Assembly: GCA_035193785.1 (NCBI GenBank)
Contig: CP136572.1
Coordinates: 3,124,578 to 3,188,577, forward strand
Source: Planktothrix sp. GU0601_MAG3
GTDB lineage: Bacteria; Cyanobacteriota; Cyanobacteriia; Cyanobacteriales; Microcoleaceae
Reading direction: 5' to 3'
DNA length: 64,000 nt
Part shown: positions 10,639-19,147 of the stretch, piece by piece
Numbering within the stretch: position 1 is the first letter of the stretch
Layout of the letters: each line of letters opens with the position of its first letter
Translations under genes and position numbers: made by a program
The notes under the pieces: model-generated
Databases searched by the model: none
Told to the model about the DNA's origin: nothing
The model's input: the letters and a program-made list of their open reading frames with translations, nothing else

Positions 10639-12673
10639 CTATTTTTTGCCGATCAACCAATAGGTAGTCATTTCTCCTTTTCCTTTGATGGAAATTATAC
10701 CCCGTTTTTCAAAATTATATTGATCTTTAATTCGGTGATAAGTGGCTTCTGTAACTTGAATTTGTCCAGCTTCACCGGAGGATTCCATGCGGGAAGCAAT
10801 ATTAACAGCATCCCCCCATAAATCATAAATAAACTTTTTAATTCCGATGACTCCAGCTACTACAGATCCGGTATTAATCCCAATTCTAATTTGAAATTGA
10901 GAGTCGATATTAAATCTTTCTAAAGGGACTTTAAATTCCGCCATGGCGGCTTGCATTCCTAAAGCCATATCGGCGATCGCCTCTGCATGATTGGCTTTGG
11001 GTAAGGGCAAACCTCCGACCACCATATAAGCGTCGCCAATGGTTTTGATTTTTTCTAAGCCATTTTTTTCGGCTAAATGATCAAAAATCGAAAACATTTC
11101 ATTCAGAACATTAACTAATTCTATCGGGGGAATTTGGGAAGATAGGGGGGTAAATCCCACCACATCGGCAAATAAAATAGTGACTTCTTCAATCGCAGAA
11201 GCGATGGCTTTTGTATTATGTTTGAGTTGGTTGGCGATGACTTCGGGTAAAATATTTAATAATAATTGTTCCGATCTTTCCTTTTCTAATCTTAAATCGG
11301 CGGTGCGTTCTTCGACTCTTTGCTCTAATTCAGCATTGGTTTTTTCTAACTCATTAAAAGAGGCTTTTAACTGTTGGGTCATGGTATTAAAAGAATTAGC
11401 TAAAATCCCTAATTCCTTAATCGGTTCGACGGGAATGGTTTGTTCTAATTCTCCACTGGCGATCGCTTGACTGGCTTGACTCAGCCGCAAAATTGGGGTA
11501 CTAATCCAACGGGCGGTAAAAATGCCGCATAAGGTGGCAACTAATAACGCCACAATACATAATAAAATAGTTGTCCGAGTATTAGCATGAATTTCCGCCA
11601 TGAAATCCGATTCTGGTACGACAACGATAATTAACCAATTAATTCCCCGTTGATCAGATAGGGGAGTGACTTGTAAATATTGTTGTTTTCCATTAATCTC
11701 AAAGGTCAGTTGAGTTGAGGTTTTAATCTGATCTAAATTACCAAAATAGTTGAGTAAATAACGGGAGGTGGCTTGAGTTAAAATATCACTACTTTTAATC
11801 CCTTTAATCCGTTCGGTATCCTTCTCTTTTTCATGCACAATAAAGGTTTCTTCTAGGGTTGAGGTGGCGACTAAATATCCATTTCTTTCTAGGACAAAGG
11901 TTTGTCCAGTTTTGCCAATTTTTAAACGGTTTAGAAATTGACTAATGCGTTTCTAAGGTTAAATCGGTACTCGCTACGCCTAATAGTTGTTTATTGCGAT
12001 TATAAATAGGTTGGTTGGCGGAAATTACTAAAACTTTAGAACCAAAATAAGCATAAATTTCACTCCAAACGGGTTTTCCCGCCTTCACCCCCGCCTCATA
12101 CCAAGGACGAACTCTAGGATCATAATTTTTTCTAACACTTAATAATTCTTGGCGATCGCCTTGATTATTGGTTAACCATTTATGAAATTTTCCGGCGGTA
12201 CTTTTATCAACAATATCAAATTCGATCGTCCCATCATCATTGCGATTAGCTCCCACATAATAACCATTTTGTAACCCAATTCCAATATAACTGGCGGTTT
12301 TAAATTGTTTTAATTGACTCCAGAGATATTTTTCCATCTGGGGAACATTATCAACACTAATTAATCCCATTCTCAGGGTATCAACATTAATTTGATTGAT
12401 GACGTGGGGGGTTTCTAAATAAGTATTAAGTTCCTGTTGGATGCGGTTGCTTAATTCAATTCTTAATTGAGTTGCTAAATCATTAACGGCGATCGAACCA
12501 TTTCTAAAAGACAACCATCCCGTTAGTCCAACGGATGCAAAAATTTGGATCAAAAAAGGAACCACAAAAACCACCCGCAGGGACAGTTTAGGTGCTTTAT
12601 TCTTGAATCCCAATAGACGACGAGATAGAGATGCCATAGTGATTGTCCCTGAATCAAAATCAACGATTCGCAC
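10639..12673 (-). CDS. Cache-HAMP class III adenylate/guanylate cyclase (frameshift near 11950)
   Basis: TM, dCache (YDPRVRPWY), TM, HAMP, then cyclase (LFADVVGFT, KIKTIGDAYM, YDLWGDAVNIASRMES). Confidence 0.92.
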
Positions 12674-12718
12674 CTAATCCCATTAGTTAGCGGTTTTTAA
12701 GGGGTGATTGCCTTGATT

Positions 12719-13408
12719 TTAACGAATTATTATTGGATTTGGGTAGTTAATTTCTCGCCTAGTTTGGGTTTCTGTCCCTTTGAGAATTCGCTCAATATTA
12801 CTGCGGTGTCGCCAGATGACGTAAATTCCCCCGGCGATCGCAAAAATTTGATAGGCCAGAGGTTCCCCAGTTATAATCATTAAAATGGCAATTCCCATCG
12901 CCCCGACAATTGAACTTAGGGAAACAATTCGAGAAATTGCTAAAACTAGGGCAAAAATTCCTAGGGTTGCTAGGGCTAATTTCCAATCTAAGGCGAATAA
13001 AATTCCCAGACTAGAAGCCACGGATTTTCCTCCTTTCCAGCCGATCCAAATGGATTTTGTATGACCAATAATTACAATTAATCCAGCTAGAATAGCTATC
13101 CAATATTGTAATAGATCGGGATTTTGAATTCCGGCATGGGTAGCTATTTCGGAGGTAAAAGAGAGGGAATAAGTCCAAAAAACCAGAATAACCGCTAAGG
13201 TTCCTTTTAAAATATCAATCAATAAAACCAGTAAGGCTGGGAGTTTTCCTAAAGTTCGCAGGATATTAGTGGCCCCGGTGGAACCGGAACCCTCGGCTAA
13301 CATATCAACTCCATAAAACCAGCGTCCGATGGCGTATCCCGTGGGGATGGAACCTAGGAAATAGGCCGTTACTAATAATCCGGTATTAATTAATAACCAT
13401 TCAATCAT
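12719..13408 (-). CDS. plsY: Glycerol-3-phosphate acyltransferase
   Basis: AYFLGSIPTG, GSGSTGATN, KGGKSVA, HRSNIERILKGTE. Confidence 0.93.
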   Translation of the reverse strand: MIEWLLINTGLLVTAYFLGSIPTGYAIGRWFYGVDMLAEGSGSTGATNILRTLGKLPALLVLLIDILKGTLAVILVFWTYSLSFTSEIATHAGIQNPDLLQYWIAILAGLIVIIGHTKSIWIGWKGGKSVASSLGILFALDWKLALATLGIFALVLAISRIVSLSSIVGAMGIAILMIITGEPLAYQIFAIAGGIYVIWRHRSNIERILKGTETQTRREINYPNPIIIR

Positions 13409-13444
13409 TTTTAAAAGACCGTTATTTTAAAGTTGCTGAAGTTG

Positions 13445-14693
13445 TTAAAACCGTTCAATGGGTGGTTGTTGGGTTTGGGGGTCGGGAGCCAGGGCCAACC
13501 ACAGGGGAAATTGTAGTAAAGATAGACTGATTCTATCTTCCATATCATCAATAATAATGAAGGGTAAGCGCCCCTCTTTCACCAAACGATCGGCTTTTTG
13601 AGAAAGAACTTCCGCTTCTTCAAATAAAACAATTCCCTGTTCCGGGCCAAAATCCCGGCGGTCAATCCCTAAACAGTCTTGTAGACCGCGGCGCCATTCT
13701 CCTAACCGTTCGGGACTATTGGCTAAAACTAGGGTTCGTAGGCGGTTTCCATAGATATTTCTTAAGACAGAAATCGCAGCCGAGGCAACTAAGATATTCT
13801 GTAAACGACTGCCCATGGTGCGTAGGGCTCCCCGTCCACCTTGGTTAAAAAACCAATTGGAAACCCGTTTGGCGTGGATGGGTTCAAAGGTACGGCGCAG
13901 TTGCCAAGGGGGGCCATAATAGTCGGGAGCGCTGCGATATTGATCGAGGAGTTGGCGAATTTTCTGGGTTTGTTCGGCAAAACCCTGTTCGGAAAATTGC
14001 GGAGTGGCGGTGTTTTGAGGATTTTCTACGGGTATGATCACCTTGGTCACCTCTCGCTGTTGGGCTGGGATTGGGGGTTCGGGGGTGTTTTCCGGTATCA
14101 GTTCCAATTGTTCGGTGGTGGCGACTAAATCCTGTAAACTTCCGACTAGGTAATCCTTGAATCCCTGGACTCGGATGGCCAGTTCTTGGGAGACTCCGGC
14201 GAAGGAGGTACGCATTTCTTTTTGGATGCGATCGCGACGGCGTTCGAGTTTTTCGATTTCGATTTGTAAGGTTTGTTTGCGCTGTTCTAATTGATCTAAG
14301 GCGGAGGAGATCAATTTTCCCATGGACTGGGTTAATACCAGTTGTTCCTGTTGGATGCGATCATTGGTTGCTTGTAAGGTGGCAATTCTTTTTTGTAGTT
14401 CCTGTTCTTGAATCTGTAATCGTTTCACCCGTTGGTCTAACTGGGTGGTGACTTCTTCTATGGGTTTCGGACATCAGACGTTCGGACAAGCTCGGCGAGG
14501 TTGGGGTATTTGATCCCGGTTCAAGATTTTGGAGTTCGTTGGACTCCCAAGGGTCAGCAATGGGTAAGGGGTTCATATTAATCGAGTTCTCTGCGGTTTC
14601 TCCAATGGCGGAATTAGAGGGTGGCGTTGATGAAGATTTAGCCCCGCTTAGGGGTGGGTTTTGATCTCGGATTTGAGTTTCTTCTGAATTCAT
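13445..14693 (-). CDS. DUF3086-like cyanobacterial coiled-coil protein (indels near 14430-14490)
   Basis: ELAIRVQGFKDYLVGSLQDL and PDYYGPPWQLRRTFE; usual position next to plsY. Confidence 0.75.
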
Positions 14694-14934
14694 GAAATTG
14701 ACAGTCCCGGTCTAAACACAAGGGGGTGTGCTGAGTCAAAGTATAGCGTTAACCTGTACGGTTATCGGGGTGTTTAGACAGGTTTGTTACCCTGACCTGT
14801 TAGAGTGATTGTAGCATTACTTCAACCTCTGACTTAATTCAATGACTGACTATAGAATCATCTGTATCGGCATGGCTTGGCTAAGGCACGTCCCTACACT
14901 GATAACTGATAATGCGGGTAATTGATCACTAAAA

Positions 14935-15576
14935 ATGGGAATAGAATTACGCAGTTACGTCTATTTAGATAATCTTCAACGGCAACACGCGGCCTATATT
15001 GGTACGGTGTCCCTGGGGTTTTTGCCCCTACCTGGGGATTCTTCTTTGTGGATTGAAGTTTCCCCGGGGATTGAAATTAACCGGATTACGGATATTGCTT
15101 TGAAAGCCACCTCGGTGCGTCCTGGGGTGTTGTTTATTGAGCGGCTTTATGGCCTTTTGGAAATTCATTCCAGCCGTCAGGGGGATACGATTACCGCCGG
15201 ACGGGCGATTTTGGATTTTTTGGGGTTAAGGGAAAGCGATCGCCTCAAACCTCAAATTATGTCCAGTCAAATTATTCGGAATCTTGACCCCCATCAAGCC
15301 CAATTAATTAATCGTAACCGTCGAGGGCAGTTAATTTTAGGGGGTCAAAGTTTATATATTTTAGAAGTTCAACCCGCGGCTTATGCGGCTTTAGCAGCGA
15401 ATGAAGCGGAAAAAGCGTCTTTAATTAATATTCTGCAAGTGACGGCCGTTGGGAGTTTTGGACGGCTATATTTAGGGGGAGAAGAACGGGATATTATGGT
15501 CGGTTCACAAGCGGCTTTAGAGGCAATTGAAAATGTATCTGGGCGAGCTTATGGAGGTAGTTTTAATCCCGAATAA
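14935..15576 (+). CDS. ccmP: Carboxysome tandem-BMC shell protein
   Basis: [24 protein letters not shown]...[10 protein letters not shown]. Confidence 0.9.
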   Translation: MGIELRSYVYLDNLQRQHAAYIGTVSLGFLPLPGDSSLWIEVSPGIEINRITDIALKATSVRPGVLFIERLYGLLEIHSSRQGDTITAGRAILDFLGLRESDRLKPQIMSSQIIRNLDPHQAQLINRNRRGQLILGGQSLYILEVQPAAYAALAANEAEKASLINILQVTAVGSFGRLYLGGEERDIMVGSQAALEAIENVSGRAYGGSFNPE

Positions 15577-15577
15577 A
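15555..15577 (+). repeat. 23-bp direct repeat, left island boundary (ccmP 3' end)
   Basis: aggtagttttaatcccgaataaa, identical at 22018-22040. Confidence 0.9.
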
Positions 15578-15675
15578 GCTGATTTAAGTAAAGCCAATTT
15601 AAGGGCTGGTGTATGGTATATTTACTTCCCGTCCACTGGGAATATTACCTGAAGAATGATTACTCATAGAAAGAG

Positions 15676-16620
15676 TTACTTAAACTTTAGCAAATACTTA
15701 AGATAAGTATAAATTAATTCTTTTTTCCAAAGTATCCGCTCATAATCAATTGTCATAGGATGGATGGTAACATTGACCCCGTTTTCTTGAGATTGAAGTC
15801 GATTTATTTGGTGCTGACATTTAGCATAAGTATCTCTAGGTACATAAAATTTGACTTCACCTCCTCCATTTTCCTGAAGATAGTTAACATATTTCACAGA
15901 GGCTTTCTTAATACCATTAATAGAACTAGGTTTATAAGCTTTGGCATCACAAATTACACGGTGAGATGTTAGATAAAAATCTGGTTGACAATAACCTTTA
16001 CGGTTTTGAAAATAAAATTTCGGTTTAATTTGCAAACTTGACTGAAGATTTTCTATATTATCAGAGTCCAACAGCATTTTTAATAAGGCTACTTCTCCTT
16101 GATCTCCTTTTAGTTTTTCATCCGGTTTTTTATGATAATAGTCACTTGCAGGATTTTGGGTTAAATCAGTGAGTCTTTCTGGTGCATTGGGGTTGTCATA
16201 TAAAATCCAAGCATCACCTGGAAGGTTAGCGAGTTCAAGTCCTAACCATATTGGGATACCTGATTGAATCGCGGTGGTAAAAATATTATTGGTTTGGGCG
16301 ATCGCATCTTGAATAGAAAGATCATTAATAGCTGTATTTGCTAGTTTAATTGTTGGATGAATAATTGAAGGTAAAAAACTTTGATTCCTAATTTTACCAA
16401 AACCCCACCTATTTTGTATCTCTTCCAATTCCTCTCTTAAACGTTCAACTTGACTTAATCTTTCCTCACACATTTCTAGCAGTATGGAACACTGCCAATC
16501 TAACTCAGAAATATAACACTCAGAGAGTCTATCAGCATAAACATTAACTTCTTCCATCGCTTCTAGTAGTTGGGCGACTTTACTCCGCCATTGTTCTATT
16601 TCGTCTCTGAGTGTCCCCAT
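15676..16620 (-). CDS. Helical N-terminal domain fused to a C-terminal PD-(D/E)XK nuclease (putative effector or toxin)
   Basis: KGDQGE...QPDFY...ICDAK motif; residues 1-73 are paralogous to the 16631-16849 product. Confidence 0.65.
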   Translation of the reverse strand: MGTLRDEIEQWRSKVAQLLEAMEEVNVYADRLSECYISELDWQCSILLEMCEERLSQVERLREELEEIQNRWGFGKIRNQSFLPSIIHPTIKLANTAINDLSIQDAIAQTNNIFTTAIQSGIPIWLGLELANLPGDAWILYDNPNAPERLTDLTQNPASDYYHKKPDEKLKGDQGEVALLKMLLDSDNIENLQSSLQIKPKFYFQNRKGYCQPDFYLTSHRVICDAKAYKPSSINGIKKASVKYVNYLQENGGGEVKFYVPRDTYAKCQHQINRLQSQENGVNVTIHPMTIDYERILWKKELIYTYLKYLLKFK

Positions 16621-16630
16621 ATTTTACTCC

Positions 16631-16849
16631 TTAACCCCAACGGGATTTAATTCCTTCAAGCATTTCTATTGCTGTTCTGAGTTCGCTAGATACCTCTTCA
16701 CAGCCCTCCGATAAACTTGAGATTTTGTTGCTTAATTCATCCATTGCCGTCTCAGGAATAGCTGCTGATGAGCTACTAACTTCTTCCAGAGACTCTACTA
16801 TTCTGTTAATCATGGATTGGAATTCTTCAATTTCAGCTTTGACACCCAT
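16631..16849 (-). CDS. 72-aa acidic helical protein ending in RWG (WXG100-like size and fold, inferred)
   Basis: Strong RBS GGAGG; amphipathic heptads; 27/73 identities to the N-terminus of the next gene by hand alignment. Confidence 0.7.
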   Translation of the reverse strand: MGVKAEIEEFQSMINRIVESLEEVSSSSAAIPETAMDELSNKISSLSEGCEEVSSELRTAIEMLEGIKSRWG

Positions 16850-16884
16850 TTAGATACCTCCCTCTAAGGAATAAATAAAACATT

Positions 16885-18972
16885 TTACAATTTAGTAACT
16901 AGATAACGCCATAGCGTATCTTCTACTAAGACTTTCTTGCCCACAGGAACTTGAATATAGGGAGTATTTACAAAATTATTATCATCACCTCCAACTAGCA
17001 TTAAAACAGCCCTGCCACGAGATTCTTTTGAGATTTTAGCGGCTTGGCTACTTTCTATAATAGCTTCACTTGCCGCTAAACTTACTCGGAAAACTACTTT
17101 CTCTTCGCAGGAGTCAAGCACCTGTGGTGTTATTATGGCAGTTGATGGTTTTTGAGTGCAGTAAATAACATGAAGACCACATTTCCGCCCCTTACGCGCA
17201 TACTCAATTAATCTCGTCTGAATCGTTTCTTTTAATTTGCTGGGCGCAAGTGCTATGTCTGCTGCTTCATCAATAATCCAAAGCGTGCGCTGAATCTCAA
17301 CCCCTTCTTCTCTTAACTGTTGAATATTTTGAACTTCCGCTTGTGTCAGTAAATTGATGCGTCTTTGATACTCCTCAGTATGAATTTTTTCAACTAATTT
17401 TTGACATTCTTCTACGGTTGTGATAATTTCAACGTTATCCTTGAAATGCTTCGCCAAAAAATTAAAATCAACTCCAGCAAAATCGGCGATATAAATTTTT
17501 CCTGTGGGATTAGCAGAGAGAAACTGGAAAATTACCCAATTCAGAAAGTTAGTTTTCCCTGCACCTGGTACGCCAGCAACTAAGCGATGAGGTGTTTCTG
17601 CCCAGCTTGATATTACGGGATTTCCCTCGTCATTAATGCCTACGATATAGCTATCTCGGTAAGTATCGTAATTCTGTTCCAGAAGACTTTTGTAATAATT
17701 GAATAAGTCTTCTGCATTTGCAACGGGCAATGATTTTTCTGTCATACTTTCAATAGGGATTTCTTTAGAGATTTCTTTGGGAATACCAATGCGGAAAAAT
17801 CCGCTAATTTCTTGAGCCGTCGCCAGCCGATGCAATGGCTTTAAATCAACCATCCGAGAAGGTGCGGGACTTGATGACAATTTCGCTAAAGCCGAACCAT
17901 CTGAAACAGTATCATATAATTGCGGTAAATTTTGATTTTGCTCTGAGTTGATACCACCTATCAAGGGTGGTTGATTTTGATGGTTAAATGATGGTTTTTC
18001 GGGAAGACTACCAGAATCACCGCCGAATTTTGCTAATCCTTTTTTTTGTGGCTGAATGGCATTCTTTATTAACAGTTGACTATCGTTTTTATCCCAGCCT
18101 TCCCATTCGATATTACTGGAAATATCTACGTTTTTTGTGGCTTCCAAACTTTCATAAAATCCGGGTTTCTCTTTGCTAACTTGGATGATTCGGCATCGTT
18201 TCCCGTGAGGTGTTTCTTTGATTGCCTCATCAATGAGGGCGTTGAGGACGGGAAAAGCATCGGCCCGATTTTCTGCTAAGGCTTTGATGCTATATTGGAA
18301 TAGGTCGCTGTTAGGATATGACTGTTGATATTTTTGGTAAAGTGCCGAAGTTACTGAGAGAATGTTGTCTTTAATTCCGTTGGTGTTGGCGTTGACTTTC
18401 TCTAATTGAGCCAGCATTTGGTTGATGGCATTTACCCACAATGATTTTTGATTGGGGTTGTGATAGGTTTGCAGGGTGATTTCTAAAATGAGTTTGCTGT
18501 CTAAGCGGTGGATGACATCACAGACGGCTGACATATCATTGGTTTGATTGGCATCGAAAAGGTGAGGTAGGTAGTAATTTTGGGGTGTGATGAATTCTTC
18601 ATATTTGATAATTTCGCCAATTGTTTGCACCCAGTCTAAGTTTTGGAAAATGGTTAGGTTAGGTTGAGGGGTGAGGGTGAAGAATTGGCTTAATTTGCCT
18701 TTGGTGAGGAGGCTCAGAATTTGTTCAGAATGTTCTTCGGTTTGGGTATTGTGGGGGTGATTAATTAGGAGGTAGGTTTTGAGTTTGGGGGATTGATTGG
18801 GGTCATAGATATAGCGGAGAGAAATTGTTAGGTTAATACCAAGGCGGCTAATTGAGCTTATTAGCTGTTGTTGGGTTTGTAGGAGGTTTTTACGGAGTTC
18901 AGTTTGGCTGTCTTTTTGATGACTCGGTTGAGGGTAAAGTTGATAACATATAGGAAAATTTCGATCAAACAT
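16885..18972 (-). CDS. FtsK/SpoIIIE-domain ATPase with a ~450-aa unassigned N-terminal region
   Basis: PHRLVAGVPGAGKT (Walker A), LWIIDEAAD (Walker B), ARKGRKCGLHVIYCTQKPS. Confidence 0.88.
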   Translation of the reverse strand: MFDRNFPICYQLYPQPSHQKDSQTELRKNLLQTQQQLISSISRLGINLTISLRYIYDPNQSPKLKTYLLINHPHNTQTEEHSEQILSLLTKGKLSQFFTLTPQPNLTIFQNLDWVQTIGEIIKYEEFITPQNYYLPHLFDANQTNDMSAVCDVIHRLDSKLILEITLQTYHNPNQKSLWVNAINQMLAQLEKVNANTNGIKDNILSVTSALYQKYQQSYPNSDLFQYSIKALAENRADAFPVLNALIDEAIKETPHGKRCRIIQVSKEKPGFYESLEATKNVDISSNIEWEGWDKNDSQLLIKNAIQPQKKGLAKFGGDSGSLPEKPSFNHQNQPPLIGGINSEQNQNLPQLYDTVSDGSALAKLSSSPAPSRMVDLKPLHRLATAQEISGFFRIGIPKEISKEIPIESMTEKSLPVANAEDLFNYYKSLLEQNYDTYRDSYIVGINDEGNPVISSWAETPHRLVAGVPGAGKTNFLNWVIFQFLSANPTGKIYIADFAGVDFNFLAKHFKDNVEIITTVEECQKLVEKIHTEEYQRRINLLTQAEVQNIQQLREEGVEIQRTLWIIDEAADIALAPSKLKETIQTRLIEYARKGRKCGLHVIYCTQKPSTAIITPQVLDSCEEKVVFRVSLAASEAIIESSQAAKISKESRGRAVLMLVGGDDNNFVNTPYIQVPVGKKVLVEDTLWRYLVTKL

Positions 18973-19110
18973 TTATCTCCTCCAGTTATTAGATAAGTTG
19001 TCAGAAATACGTTTAATTGTTTTTGCTCTGTTCTTGAGTTGAAAGGCAATGATGAATCTACCAATACCAATGCTGACTAAAACAGTACCTACAAGATAAA
19101 ACCATTCCAT
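18973..19110 (-). CDS. 45-aa single-TM peptide MEWFYLVGTVLVSIGIGRFIIAFQLKNRAKTIKRISDNLSNNWRR (absent from the ORF track)
   Basis: RBS GGAGGA at 19121-19126; its TAA abuts the FtsK ATG; hydrophobic N-half and basic tail. Confidence 0.7.
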   Translation of the reverse strand: MEWFYLVGTVLVSIGIGRFIIAFQLKNRAKTIKRISDNLSNNWRR

Positions 19111-19147
19111 AGATAAAAATTCCTCCTGATTATTCTAAAAATCTAAT

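Noticed and set aside
16631..16849. Canonical WXG100/ESAT-6 assignment
   Set aside because: Only 72 aa, no central W-x-G, no C-terminal YxxxD/E-type signal; kept only as an analogy
16885..18972. Housekeeping cell-division FtsK
   Set aside because: No N-terminal TM domain or C-terminal gamma domain is evident, and it sits in an inserted islet
18861..19070. 69-aa ORF from the track upstream of the ATPase
   Set aside because: It overlaps the ATPase in another frame; the 18973-19110 frame has the RBS, TM character and coupled stop
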